A DNA stretch of 24,000 nucleotides. It comes from Candidatus Bathyarchaeia archaeon. GTDB taxonomy: Archaea > Thermoproteota > Bathyarchaeia > 40CM-2-53-6. The stretch's first letter is position 1; each line of letters begins with the position of its first letter. Position numbers and translations under genes: made by a program. Positions 7,048 through 16,176 of the stretch are shown here, piece by piece. Location: assembly GCA_050012535.1 (NCBI GenBank), contig JBEKGZ010000006.1:2251-26250 (forward strand). The letters are read 5' to 3'. The notes below the pieces were generated by a model that saw nothing but the letters and a program-made list of their open reading frames with translations, was not told where the DNA came from and searched no databases.

Positions 7048-8250
7048 CTACGATTGCATGAACTGCTCGATTCTATTCGCGGCTTCGTCGATCACTTTGA
7101 TCGGCGGCAGGAATACTGTTCTGAAGTGCCCCGCCCCGTAGGTTTGATCGAATCCTGAGCCGTTTACAACCAAGACTCCGGTTTTCCTGACCAGGTCAAC
7201 TGCGAAGTCCTTGTCAGACTTCCAGCGATGATTCAGAGAAATACGAGGAAAGAGGTAGAAAGCGGCTTTTGGGGTTGTGCAGGTGAGACCTCCGATCGAT
7301 CTAATTCTGCGCAGGAAATGGTCCCTCCGCTTTTTCAACTTGCCCACCATTTTTGCTATGTGTTTCTGTGATCCTCTGAGTGCTTTCACGCCGGCATACT
7401 GGATGGGAGTCGCCGTACATAGCCGGATCCTGCTCTCTTTCAAGATCGCTTCCTTCAGTCCTTCCAGGGTGTTCCCAGGGTCGTGAAAATACATGTAGCC
7501 AAGGCGCCAGCCAGTCATTACGTATGTCTTGGAGAATCCGTTCAAACCAATCACAGGGATGTCCTTGGCGAGAGAGGCCGTGCTCGTGAATCTTGAGTCA
7601 TAAACAAGTCTATCGTAAATCTCATCCGAGGTGACAAGGAGTTTGTGCTCGCCAGCAATATCCAGCATCTGTTTCAAAGTTCGTCCATCGTACAAGGACC
7701 CTGTTGGGTTGTTCGGGTTCACGATCACTAGCGCGCGGGTTCTGTTCGTTATCTTCTTGCGCAAATCTTCAAGGTCGGGGAGCCAGTCATTCTCTTCGAC
7801 CGTTCTGTACGCAACAGGGGTTCCGCCGAAATACTTCACAAAAGAAATGTACGGGGGATACGTAGGTCCTGGCACCAGTATCTCGTCGCCGGGCTGGACT
7901 ATAGCCCCCATTAGAAATTGGATCCCTTCGGAGATGCCTGAGGTCACTATGACATCTTCACTTGAGATCGGCACTGAATTCGTTCTCTTCTCCTTTTCGG
8001 CAATTGCCTCCTTGAGAGTCGGGATGCCCTCTGAAGCTGCGTAGTAATTGCAACCGCTCTCCACAGCCCTTGTAAGCGCCTTTCTGACGTGAGCTGGAGG
8101 CTGGAAATCGAACTTGGCTGGGTCCCCGATGTTGAGGTAAATCACTTTCTTGCCTGACAACTCTACTTCTTTAGCGACCGCTAGCATGTCCCTGATTGCG
8201 TATTCGATCTCACTGGCACGACTAGCCACTTGTAGTCTGCTCGGAATCAA
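7048..8250 (-). CDS. Alanine aminotransferase (class I PLP aminotransferase, Pyrococcus AlaAT-like)
   Basis: 400 aa. Collinear along its length with the archaeal AlaAT pattern as I remember it: EYAIRD, NIGDPAKFDFQPP, NYYAASEGIPTLKEAIAEKEKR, VPGPTYPPY, NPNNPTG, SKTYVMTGWRLGYMYF (PLP lysine), GAGHFRTVFLPP. The TTG start at 8250 is forced: an upstream in-frame TGA is present, and the next ATG would remove the conserved EYAIRD. Confidence 0.88.
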   Translation of the reverse strand: MIPSRLQVASRASEIEYAIRDMLAVAKEVELSGKKVIYLNIGDPAKFDFQPPAHVRKALTRAVESGCNYYAASEGIPTLKEAIAEKEKRTNSVPISSEDVIVTSGISEGIQFLMGAIVQPGDEILVPGPTYPPYISFVKYFGGTPVAYRTVEENDWLPDLEDLRKKITNRTRALVIVNPNNPTGSLYDGRTLKQMLDIAGEHKLLVTSDEIYDRLVYDSRFTSTASLAKDIPVIGLNGFSKTYVMTGWRLGYMYFHDPGNTLEGLKEAILKESRIRLCTATPIQYAGVKALRGSQKHIAKMVGKLKKRRDHFLRRIRSIGGLTCTTPKAAFYLFPRISLNHRWKSDKDFAVDLVRKTGVLVVNGSGFDQTYGAGHFRTVFLPPIKVIDEAANRIEQFMQS

Positions 8251-8449
8251 TGCACCATACCCGAAGTGAGCAGAGACGATCTTGTACTTGATGGTTTTGT
8301 CGCGTATTGCGAGTCTAGAGCACGATCAGCAAATCTAATTGACCTGCGAGGTCTACCTTTGCGCATCCTTGGTCCTGATCATGCGAAGAAGAGCTGCTGT
8401 CTGTTCCACCTCGGCTATGACTGAGGCCGCACGCCAGTAGGGGTTAATC

Positions 8450-9160
8450 TTGGATTCGGGGACAGGTCCACTTCCCGCGGAATGGGAGAAGCTACGTGGG
8501 GAGATCATTTCATGCACCCGCTGTCCCAGACTCGTGAAGTATCGGAGGGAGGTTGCTCGCAAGAAGAAGAGACAATTCGCTGACTGGACGTACTGGGGGG
8601 CACCGCTCCCAGGATTTGGCGATAGAGAAGCGGAACTTCTGATAATCGGGCTCGCTCCCGCAGCCCATGGTGGCAACCGAACTGGACGGATGTTTACAGG
8701 AGACGGCTCCGCAGACTTCCTCATGCGCGCGCTACACGAAGCGGAGTTTGCGAACCAACCTACATCGGCTCATGTTCGGGATGGCTTGCAGATGATGAAT
8801 TCATTCATGACCGCGATAGTGCGTTGCGCTCCCCCTCAGAACAAACCTCTCGCAAGCGAACTATCCAATTGTAGCATCTACTTTGACAGAGAACTTGCAC
8901 TCTTGTCACATGTGCAAGTAGTATTAGCGCTTGGCCGAGTGGCCTTCAAGGGCTACCTTGACCACCTCAAGCGACAAGGATACTGCGCCGTGGGCTTGAA
9001 ATTCAAACACGGCCAGAAGTATCCAATGCCACCGAGGGTTCCTGTTCTAATAGCATCATATCACCCTAGCAGACAGAACACGCAGACTGGGAGGCTAACG
9101 CGGACAATGATGAATGCGGTACTTCGTGTCGTCAATAGCAGCCTAACAAAGCGGACATAG
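8450..9160 (+). CDS. Uracil-DNA glycosylase, family 5 (UDGb-type), 4Fe-4S cluster-containing
   Basis: Motif A is GLAPAAHGGNRTG (Ala at the position of the catalytic polar residue, the family-5 hallmark). Motif B is YHPSRQN. Cluster cysteines are CTRC and C-x14-C (VRCAPPQNKPLASELSNC). The TTG start is forced, since there is no ATG between the upstream TAG and the CxxC. Confidence 0.85.
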   Translation: MDSGTGPLPAEWEKLRGEIISCTRCPRLVKYRREVARKKKRQFADWTYWGAPLPGFGDREAELLIIGLAPAAHGGNRTGRMFTGDGSADFLMRALHEAEFANQPTSAHVRDGLQMMNSFMTAIVRCAPPQNKPLASELSNCSIYFDRELALLSHVQVVLALGRVAFKGYLDHLKRQGYCAVGLKFKHGQKYPMPPRVPVLIASYHPSRQNTQTGRLTRTMMNAVLRVVNSSLTKRT

Positions 9161-9162
9161 CT

Positions 9163-9181
9163 GAGTGGCTTAAGCCAGCTC
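9163..9181 (+). other. Hairpin immediately after the UDG stop codon
   Basis: GAG-TGGC TTAA GCCA-G-CTC. It contains the 12-nt palindrome TGGCTTAAGCCA and starts 3 nt after the TAG at 9158-9160. Confidence 0.35.
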
Positions 9182-9227
9182 CATCTTCGTGTCTTGCACA
9201 TCGCGTATGAGCACGGGCTCACAAGTC

Positions 9228-9235
9228 TTTTATAG
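9228..9235 (+). promoter_or_regulatory. Archaeal TATA box candidate for the Sm-like gene
   Basis: TTTTATAG, preceded by purine-rich ACAAG. It lies 30 nt upstream of GTG 9265 and 39 nt upstream of ATG 9274, consistent with a leaderless or short-leader transcript. Confidence 0.5.
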
Positions 9236-9264
9236 AGTCCAAAGGTGTCTCACATCCGAATCAC

Positions 9265-9513
9265 GTGGTCGGCATGGAACCATCAAGGAAGCCACTGAAC
9301 CTCCTAGTCAAGAAGCTGAACTCCGACATCACGATCAGGTTGAAGAACGATATCGAGTTCCGAGGGAAGATGATCGACTGCGACAGTCACATGAACATAA
9401 TCCTGGACGGAGCCATCGAGTACAGAAGCAACTCACCCACAGCAAATTTCGGCAACCTGATTCTGCGCGGGAGCAACATACTCTACGTCTGTGTGGACCA
9501 AGCACGACAGTAG
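9265..9513 (+). CDS. Sm-like archaeal protein (SmAP/LSm)
   Basis: Sm1 motif is ITIRLKNDIEFRGKMIDCDSHMNIIL and Sm2 motif is LILRGSNILYV. TTTTATAG lies at 9228-9235, about 30-45 nt upstream. The likely start is ATG 9274 (MEPSRKPLNLL) rather than GTG 9265. Confidence 0.88.
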   Translation: MVGMEPSRKPLNLLVKKLNSDITIRLKNDIEFRGKMIDCDSHMNIILDGAIEYRSNSPTANFGNLILRGSNILYVCVDQARQ

Positions 9514-9670
9514 ACCGCGAAGGCACACCTTTTCCGCAAGTACATCCCTCGCCATGGGCAACGGCCTTGCCATCGGGTCGCGGTAGGAGCCGACATCTCT
9601 TGAGGTGGCCAGCCGATCTCTGGGTCTCCTGCATTCAATAACCGGCTATTGAGCAATACTAAACAGACTC

Positions 9671-11329
9671 TTGAGCGTCAGATGTACCTTAGGGACTTTG
9701 GTCGACGGAGCCTACCCCACATTGCTTGACACACAACACGAGTCAGATCGTCAGCAGCAGGCATGCCAAGAGATAGCTCGGAGGCTCTTGCTCGACCCAA
9801 GAGGCGCCGAAAGCCCGGAAGAACTCAAGCTGATCGTTGCCCGAAGCTATCAGCTACCCGCTATCCCAAGGAATTCAGACATACTCGCTGTCGTCTCTGG
9901 AGAAGAACGGCTAACACTCCGTGGTAGGCTGCAGTTGAAACCTGTCAGGAGTATTTCTGGAGTTCACGTGATAGGGGTAATGTCGGCACCCCACCAATGC
10001 CCTCACGGCAGATGCGCATACTGCCCTCAGGAAAATGATGCGCCGACAAGCTATACTGGATATGAGCCGGCTGCAATGCGTGCGAAGCAGAACAACTTCG
10101 ATCCATATGCTCAGCTGTCAAGTAGACTGGCCCAACTCAAGGCCATAGGCCATCGAACGTCCAAGGTTGAGGTCGTTATCCAAGGCGGGACCTTCTTGGC
10201 GCGCCCCCCAGCGTACCAACAGCACTTCATAGAGCGATGTCTGGATGCTCTTAATGGGTCCGAGAGCCTTTCTCTTGACGAAGCGAAAAGCAAAGCATGG
10301 TCGGGTCCGGTCAGGAACGTCGGCCTGACATTCGAGACACGCCCAGATTGGGCTCGTGCTGAACATGTGGACCTGATGCTATCCTATGGCGCCACTCGAG
10401 TTGAAATCGGTGTTCAGACGCTTGATGACAACACGCTTCGACTTGTCGAGCGCGGCCATTCGGTAGCTGATGTGGTCAAATCGTTTCAAGTCGTCAAGGA
10501 TGCTGGGCTGAAGATAGTCGCTCACATGATGCCTGGGCTACCAGGCTCATCACCTAGACAGGATTTGGACGGATTCAAACGACTAGTCTCGGACCCTGAC
10601 TTTCGACCTGATATGCTGAAGATCTATCCTTGCCTCGTTGTCCATGGAACGAAGGCTTATGATTGGTGGCGAAGCGGGACATACGTACCGCTTGACGTAG
10701 AGGCTGCAGTCGACCTGATTGCAGGCGTCAAGGAATTCATTCCCCCTTGGATGCGGATCATGAGAGTTCAACGCGAAATACCGGCAAGACTCATTCTGGC
10801 AGGGCCCAACAAGGGCAACCTTCGCGAGCTTGCGCTCGCCGTTCTGAGAGAAGACGGGAGACGATGCAGATGCATTCGTTGTCGCGAAGCAGGTCATCGC
10901 AGGACTAAGGAAAGTGTGGAACCGGACCCGGAAGATATCATGCTTGTCAGAAGATACTACGAATCATCAGGCGGAACGGAGATCTTCCTTTCAAAAGAGG
11001 ATCCGAAGACGGATACACTGATAGCATATCTACGTCTCAGGATTCCCTCCCCATCAGCACACAGGATCGAAGTCAGCTCACAGGCCTCTGCAATCGTGAG
11101 AGAACTGCACGTATACGGTCCGGCTGTTCCTGTCGGAGAACGTGATGCAGAGGCTTGGCAACACAAAGGTTACGGGATTTCACTCCTGAAGGAGGCCGAG
11201 CGAACAGCGGCGGAGGAGTACGATGTCAAGAAGATCCTTGTTCTCAGTGCACTTGGAACAAGGGAATACTACTCACGAGTCGGCTACAGGCAAGACGGAC
11301 CATATATGAGCAAATACTCGTTCGGATAG
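9671..11329 (+). CDS. elp3: Elp3-type tRNA uridine(34) modification enzyme (radical SAM + GNAT acetyltransferase)
   Basis: 552 aa. Radical-SAM cysteines are in QCPHGRCAYCP. Shows the TIM-barrel region VEIGVQTLDD and the C-terminal GNAT motif WQHKGYGISLLKEAE. There is no in-frame ATG before the Cys motif, so a TTG start (9671, or 9698/9722) is required and the exact start is uncertain. Confidence 0.9.
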   Translation: MSVRCTLGTLVDGAYPTLLDTQHESDRQQQACQEIARRLLLDPRGAESPEELKLIVARSYQLPAIPRNSDILAVVSGEERLTLRGRLQLKPVRSISGVHVIGVMSAPHQCPHGRCAYCPQENDAPTSYTGYEPAAMRAKQNNFDPYAQLSSRLAQLKAIGHRTSKVEVVIQGGTFLARPPAYQQHFIERCLDALNGSESLSLDEAKSKAWSGPVRNVGLTFETRPDWARAEHVDLMLSYGATRVEIGVQTLDDNTLRLVERGHSVADVVKSFQVVKDAGLKIVAHMMPGLPGSSPRQDLDGFKRLVSDPDFRPDMLKIYPCLVVHGTKAYDWWRSGTYVPLDVEAAVDLIAGVKEFIPPWMRIMRVQREIPARLILAGPNKGNLRELALAVLREDGRRCRCIRCREAGHRRTKESVEPDPEDIMLVRRYYESSGGTEIFLSKEDPKTDTLIAYLRLRIPSPSAHRIEVSSQASAIVRELHVYGPAVPVGERDAEAWQHKGYGISLLKEAERTAAEEYDVKKILVLSALGTREYYSRVGYRQDGPYMSKYSFG

Positions 11330-11398
11330 CGGCGATTCACACATGTTTTAACTCTCAGCTTGCCGTCACGTATCCGGGCACTTCCGAGTGAACCACAG

Positions 11399-12739
11399 AT
11401 GCAAGAATTGACCGGATACAAGGGGCAAGCACTTGGCTTGATCAAGTCCGCTGGTGCTTCCATCGGAGACAAGCTGAAGCTAGCAAGAGAAGGAGAGATC
11501 GTTGAGGGTCTGCTGATGCCCCGAGTTGCCGGCGGAGATGACATCCACATCGTGTTGAAACTCGCGACGGGTTACAATGTGGGCGTCAAGATTAGTGAAA
11601 AGACTCGAATTCAGGTTCTTGGCACCGGTGTTAAGCCCACACTATCAAGACCGCCTATGCCGAATGCAACGAAAGGGCTTCCCCGCGTTACGATCTTCAG
11701 CACCGGTGGGACAATTGCCAGTCGAGTTGACTATCGGACAGGAGCGGTTGAAGCTGCCTTATCGGCGGAGGATTTGTACAGTTTCGTCCCCGAATTGGCA
11801 TCAGAGGCCAACGTAACTGCAAAGGTCCTCTACAGCCTATTCAGCGAGAACTTCACCACGAAACACTGGAAGGAGATAGCGACAACTGTCAGCGATGAAA
11901 TCCGGTCCGGAGTATCAGGCGTAGTGATCGCACAGGGTACCGATACGCTAGGATACTGTGCAGCGGCGCTGAGTTTTGCACTTCAATCCGCTCCCGTCCC
12001 AATTGTATTCGTGGCGGCTCAGAGATCTTCTGACAGGCCGAGTTCAGATGCCGCGACCAACCTGATAGGCGCAGTGAGCGTAGCAGCAAAAGCGCCATTT
12101 GGCGGAGTCGTTGCGGTAATGCACAGGTGGCTATCAGACGACACCCTATCGGTCCACAAGGGGACGAAGGTTCGCAAATGTCACACGAGCAGACGCGACG
12201 CCTTCAAGTCGATAGGGGCGACTCCTCTAGCTCGTTTCCACGTCGAAAGTAGAAAACTGGAGATGCTAGAGAGAGACCTCCCTGCTCGAGGATCATCAGA
12301 AGTCGTATGCAAGCCGAACTTTGATGATCGCGTCGGGCTCGTCAAATTCTATCCAGACATGGATCCGGGCATCATCGACTGGCACGTGACAAATGGGTAC
12401 CACGGCCTAATTCTTGAGGGAACGGGCCTCGGTCACGTAAGTGCACGCTGCTATCCTAGCATCGAAAGAGCAGTGAAGGACGGCATCTTCGTGGGCATGA
12501 CCTCGCAATGCCTGTGGGGAAGAGTTGACATGAACGTCTACTCGACAGGCATCGACCTGCAGAAGATCGGTGTGCACCCTTTGGAAGACATGCTGCCGGA
12601 GACAGCGCTTGTGAAGCTAATGTGGGTACTCGGTCAGACCGAAGATTCTCATGAAGTCGCAGAGATGATGCGCAAGAACCTGGCCGGGGAAATCAGCCCA
12701 AGAAGACTGGAGATCTCGGGAAATGACGAAGACCACTGA
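11399..12739 (+). CDS. gatD: Glutamyl-tRNA(Gln) amidotransferase subunit D
   Basis: Asparaginase-type motifs FSTGGTIAS, GTDTLGY and HTSRRDAF, and a GatD-specific N-terminal domain (HIVLKLATGYNVGVKIS). ATG 11399 gives the N-terminus expected from known GatD, and the track TTG 11360 is probably too far upstream. The 3' end overlaps gatE by 17 nt. Confidence 0.9.
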   Translation: MQELTGYKGQALGLIKSAGASIGDKLKLAREGEIVEGLLMPRVAGGDDIHIVLKLATGYNVGVKISEKTRIQVLGTGVKPTLSRPPMPNATKGLPRVTIFSTGGTIASRVDYRTGAVEAALSAEDLYSFVPELASEANVTAKVLYSLFSENFTTKHWKEIATTVSDEIRSGVSGVVIAQGTDTLGYCAAALSFALQSAPVPIVFVAAQRSSDRPSSDAATNLIGAVSVAAKAPFGGVVAVMHRWLSDDTLSVHKGTKVRKCHTSRRDAFKSIGATPLARFHVESRKLEMLERDLPARGSSEVVCKPNFDDRVGLVKFYPDMDPGIIDWHVTNGYHGLILEGTGLGHVSARCYPSIERAVKDGIFVGMTSQCLWGRVDMNVYSTGIDLQKIGVHPLEDMLPETALVKLMWVLGQTEDSHEVAEMMRKNLAGEISPRRLEISGNDEDH

Positions 12740-14636
12740 CTACAGCTCCATAGGTCTCAAGGTAGGGATTGAGATCCATAGGCAGCTGGACACCATGAGC
12801 AAGCTCTTCTGCGATTGTCCAACGACGATGTCAGAAGCAGATCCGTCAGTCCGTTTCTTGAGGAGGCTTCGTCCAACACAAAGCGAGCTAGGTCAGGTCG
12901 ATCCGGCGGCGCTTTTTGAGTTCCAGAAAGGCCGCGCGGTAATCTACGAGTCAGATGATCGAACATCATGTTTGGTCGAGATGGATGAGGAGCCTCCCAA
13001 AGACCTGAATCCCGAAGCCGTCGAGATCGCGCTCGAGGCTTCAGTTCTGACGAACTCGAAGCCGGTTGACGAGATTCACGTCATGAGGAAGATAGTCATC
13101 GACGGTTCGAACACGACAGGATTCCAGAGAACTTGTGTGGTAGCCATGGACGGCTGTGTGACAGTTGATGAGAAGAAGATTCCGATTCAGCAGATATCCC
13201 TTGAAGAAGACGCCGCGCGAAAGACTAGCGAGTTTGGGCTTACCGTGAACTATCGAATAGACCGGCTCGGTATCCCTTTGATCGAAATATCCACGGGCCC
13301 CGTCATCACTTCGCCCGAGGAGACGGAACGAGTTGCCAAAGCAATTGGAGACATTCTCAGGGACACCGGCCGGGTAAAGCGCGGACTTGGGACAGTACGG
13401 CAGGACCTCAATGTCTCAATTCGAGACGGAGCCCTGATTGAGATAAAGGGCGTTCAAGAGCTTGACCTGATTTCGAAAGTCATCAACTATGAGGTATCCA
13501 GGCAACTGGAACTGCTCCAGATTAGGAGTCAATTGGTCTCCCGCGGAATCAAAGAGGCTCACATTGGCAACGAGCTCGTTGACGTTTCACCTCTGTTCTC
13601 CAATACGAAATCGAAACTCATTCGTGAAGCTCTTGGTTCGGGAGGCGTCGCGCTCGCAGTGAAGATTCCGGGGTTTGGTGGGTTATTAGGGAGAGAGCTG
13701 GCACCAGGGCTTCGTCTCGGGACCGAGATGGCAAGCAGGGCAAGCTTTTGGGGCAGGGTCGGAGGAATATTCCACACGGACGAACTCCCGGCATACGGTA
13801 TCTCGGAAGATGAGGTCCGTGCAATCAAGCGAACTCTAGGCTGCGGAGAAGTCGACACAGCAGTCCTGGTTGCCGATCAAAGAGACAAAGCGGTAGACGC
13901 CCTCACGGCGGTTATCGAAAGGGCACGTGAAGCTTTGCTCGGCGTACCCACGGAAACTAGAACAGTAGTCGCAGATGGGACGACGCGTTACATGCGCCCG
14001 CGTCCCGGCGCATCTAGGATGTATCCTGAAACAGATGTGCCTCCCGTGGGAATCTCGCCACAACAACTCGCGCAGATCCGAGCAGGACTACCGCCACCTC
14101 GGGAGGTGGTCATGCAGGAGCTTCTGACGAAATATCAGCTGAACCGCAAGCTTGCCAGTCAGTTGATTGAGTCGGATTACCTTGACGTATTCAAGCGCGT
14201 ATGTTCAGAGCAAGGGATAGCTCCCAGTTTCGTAGCGACAGTCCTGACTGAGAATCTCAAGAGCCTCGGTAGAGAAGGGGTGCCGGTCAGCGAACTGACG
14301 ACCAAACACTTGGAGTCAGTATTCTCTGCTATCCGTGCCGGAACAGTGGCGAAGGAAGCAGCTCCTACAATCCTAACCTGGCTTTCAAAGAACAGCACTC
14401 GCACGGTCGAGGATGCGATACGAGAGCTAGGGATATGCATGCTCTCTGAACAGGAACTCCTGAGGATAATAGACAAGACCATCGAGTCCAACGCCGATTT
14501 GATAACACAGAAAGGTGAGGGCGCATACGGAAAGATCATGGGATTGGTTATGACCGAAGTTCGAGGGTCAGCAGATCCAGCCGCAGTAACCAGCCTGATT
14601 AGGATGAGAATTGGGGAGACGATAAGTAAGAGGTAA
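12723..14636 (+). CDS. gatE: Glutamyl-tRNA(Gln) amidotransferase subunit E
   Basis: 637 aa. Shows GLKVGIEIHRQLDT, LRPTQSELG, DGSNTTGFQRT, RLGIPLIEI, VKRGLGTVRQDLNVSIRDGA, FHTDELPAYGISE and SRMYPETD, collinear with archaeal GatE. Confidence 0.92.
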   Translation: MTKTTDYSSIGLKVGIEIHRQLDTMSKLFCDCPTTMSEADPSVRFLRRLRPTQSELGQVDPAALFEFQKGRAVIYESDDRTSCLVEMDEEPPKDLNPEAVEIALEASVLTNSKPVDEIHVMRKIVIDGSNTTGFQRTCVVAMDGCVTVDEKKIPIQQISLEEDAARKTSEFGLTVNYRIDRLGIPLIEISTGPVITSPEETERVAKAIGDILRDTGRVKRGLGTVRQDLNVSIRDGALIEIKGVQELDLISKVINYEVSRQLELLQIRSQLVSRGIKEAHIGNELVDVSPLFSNTKSKLIREALGSGGVALAVKIPGFGGLLGRELAPGLRLGTEMASRASFWGRVGGIFHTDELPAYGISEDEVRAIKRTLGCGEVDTAVLVADQRDKAVDALTAVIERAREALLGVPTETRTVVADGTTRYMRPRPGASRMYPETDVPPVGISPQQLAQIRAGLPPPREVVMQELLTKYQLNRKLASQLIESDYLDVFKRVCSEQGIAPSFVATVLTENLKSLGREGVPVSELTTKHLESVFSAIRAGTVAKEAAPTILTWLSKNSTRTVEDAIRELGICMLSEQELLRIIDKTIESNADLITQKGEGAYGKIMGLVMTEVRGSADPAAVTSLIRMRIGETISKR

Positions 14637-14637
14637 T

Positions 14638-14654
14638 CGGAAAGGGCGCTTCCG
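14638..14654. terminator. Hairpin filling the 18-nt gap between convergent gatE and the 95-aa ORF
   Basis: CGGAA-AGGGCGC-TTCCG, a 5-bp stem with a 7-nt loop, occupies almost the entire spacer between the stop at 14636 and the stop at 14655. Confidence 0.3.
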
Positions 14655-14942
14655 CTACTTCCAGAGCATTTCTTCGTCTTTCAGTACATTATAACCTAGC
14701 CGCCGGAACCGCTCTACGTCGTGCTGGAGGAATAATGTAAGAGCGGTTTCAGTAAACGCCTCAAGAAAAGGCTCCCCGCAGATACTGCAAACCTTCTCAC
14801 TCATTCTGTTTGTTACCTGCGCCCCATAGAACCCGTTTGTGAGAATGGCCACGCCAACTTGGCTGTCATCCGGGTGATTGTCGATGTTTGAGCATTCGAA
14901 TACTGTCCAGGTATTCCATCTCTCTTCGCCCAAGAACCCCAA
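14655..14942 (-). CDS. Hypothetical protein (orphan-looking, 95 aa)
   Basis: ORF only, with no motif I recognise apart from one CxxC (CSICGEPF). The only available start is TTG 14942, immediately after an in-frame TGA. It lies 79 nt downstream of the ArsR-like gene on the same strand. Confidence 0.35.
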   Translation of the reverse strand: MGFLGEERWNTWTVFECSNIDNHPDDSQVGVAILTNGFYGAQVTNRMSEKVCSICGEPFLEAFTETALTLFLQHDVERFRRLGYNVLKDEEMLWK

Positions 14943-15021
14943 CCTTCACATCGGCTATGTCCATGATGGAGCGATAATAATGCTTTCGTAGCGTGGCCTG
15001 TCCCGCTATGAGGCGGCGCCA

Positions 15022-15969
15022 TCATTCTAGGAACTCTACGTCGTCGATCACGCCGTCTTGGTTAGCGTCGACTCCAGACACCACGCGCGCGATGACCTCG
15101 CGGTTAAAGACATTCCCGGAAGCTATGTCCTCAGTGTATCTTACGAAGGCCATGATCGCAGCCTGGGTGCCTGAGGTCTCGTTGCCGGCGAGAACGATTA
15201 GTTTGGAGTCGGGGTTCATCGGGTTTCTAATCATCTGGACTGCGCCGTCTTGTGGTTCGGCGTAGGCTCGCTCTGAAATCGTGGACATTAACACGTCCGG
15301 CCCGGTGAGTTCGTATGTGATTGGGAGGAACTCGTTCATCATCATTGCGATCGTATTTACCCTCGGATTTCCAAGTAAGATCAGATTGTTCAAGATCTGC
15401 TGTTGTGTGAGCTCTGTGTCGAGCTTGATTACGTTGGTTCTGACGAGCGGGAGAAGAGATCCTAGGAAAAAGGAGAGATAGGACGCATAGTAGCCGCCCA
15501 GGTCCCTTTCTCTGAAGATGCCGTGCTGATCAGGACTGCCAACCACAACATGCCCGTTGAAGACACCATTAAGAACGTATGGCGCAAGCAGTTTCGTGCT
15601 TGCATCCGAGAGCGAAGTCTCTTCGGTTTCAGATTTTGGTTTCTCGAGTTTGGAGGCAATCACAGCAATCGCTGTGTGCTCGGCTCGATAGTACTTCGCA
15701 ACGGCGCCCCGACGTCGTTCCCTTCTTTGCAGCTGGATGAATCCAGCCTTCTCGAGTGCCTTCAGGTGATAGCACACGACCTGTTGACTTGCGTTGAGTT
15801 TCTTTGCGAGTTCCTGTGCACATTGTTCGACTGTTGCAAGCTCCTGAAGGATCTTCCAACGCATCGGCTGGAGCAAGGTCTGAGCGGGCCTAGGGTCCTC
15901 GAAAACCCTCACCGGTACAGGCTGTCCCCCTCGCCTGTCTTTGAGTACTAGGTAGGACATCGAAACCAA
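15022..15969 (-). CDS. ArsR-family winged-helix regulator fused to a ~200-aa C-terminal domain ending in an EF-hand-type loop
   Basis: The N-terminal ArsR/SmtB-like wHTH is LLQPMRWKILQELATVEQCAQELAKKLNASQQVVCYHLKALEKAGFIQLQRRERRRGAVAKYY. The C-terminal domain carries LILLGNPRVN and LIVLAGNETSGTQAA motifs, and the terminal sequence is DANQDGVIDDVEF. The start is TTG 15969 or ATG 15960 (MSYLVL...). Confidence 0.8.
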   Translation of the reverse strand: MVSMSYLVLKDRRGGQPVPVRVFEDPRPAQTLLQPMRWKILQELATVEQCAQELAKKLNASQQVVCYHLKALEKAGFIQLQRRERRRGAVAKYYRAEHTAIAVIASKLEKPKSETEETSLSDASTKLLAPYVLNGVFNGHVVVGSPDQHGIFRERDLGGYYASYLSFFLGSLLPLVRTNVIKLDTELTQQQILNNLILLGNPRVNTIAMMMNEFLPITYELTGPDVLMSTISERAYAEPQDGAVQMIRNPMNPDSKLIVLAGNETSGTQAAIMAFVRYTEDIASGNVFNREVIARVVSGVDANQDGVIDDVEFLE

Positions 15970-16176
15970 TCAAGGAGATCATAGATCATTACTAAAGTCG
16001 TTTCTTGACTGGTCCATGCGTGAACTCTGGACAAGAGAGCGCTGTGATGTGCATGACTTGCATCGTAGAGCGTTGAGGATGAGGTGGCCACAAGTATCTA
16101 CCAGATTTTGAGTAAATACGCTTTTTCGCGTAAGCCTTATCAAGAGATTGCTCAGTATTGCGGCCGCGACCACGCC

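Noticed and set aside
7277-8044. Plus-strand ORFs antisense to the alanine aminotransferase gene
   Set aside because: These are shadow ORFs. The minus-strand frame matches AlaAT along its full length.
8353-8724. 123-aa minus-strand ORF
   Set aside because: It overlaps the UDG gene in antisense, and UDG motifs are unambiguous on the plus strand.
9107-9164. C-box (ATGATGA) and D-box (CTGA) 54 nt apart at the 3' end of the UDG gene
   Set aside because: No D' or C' boxes sit at the required spacing, there is no terminal stem, and the C box lies inside coding sequence.
9514-9584. tRNA-sized (71 nt) element closed by a 7-bp stem
   Set aside because: It cannot be folded into a cloverleaf, as there is no D arm or T arm and no GTTCRAATC-like T-loop. 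One 7-nt inverted repeat at this scale is near chance expectation.
9554-9641. Possible rpl37e remnant after the Sm gene (MGNGLAIGSR*, and TALPSGRGRSRHLL in another frame)
   Set aside because: The region is too short, none of the four zinc-finger cysteines is present in any frame, and the similarity is limited to a few basic residues.
15523-15951. 142-aa plus-strand ORF
   Set aside because: It is antisense to the ArsR-like gene, whose wHTH is clear on the minus strand.
16084-16176. GTG-initiated 31-aa extension of the membrane protein
   Set aside because: A hydrophilic extension is not expected for S-component-like proteins. ATG 16177 lies directly before the first TM helix. I kept it only as an alternative start.
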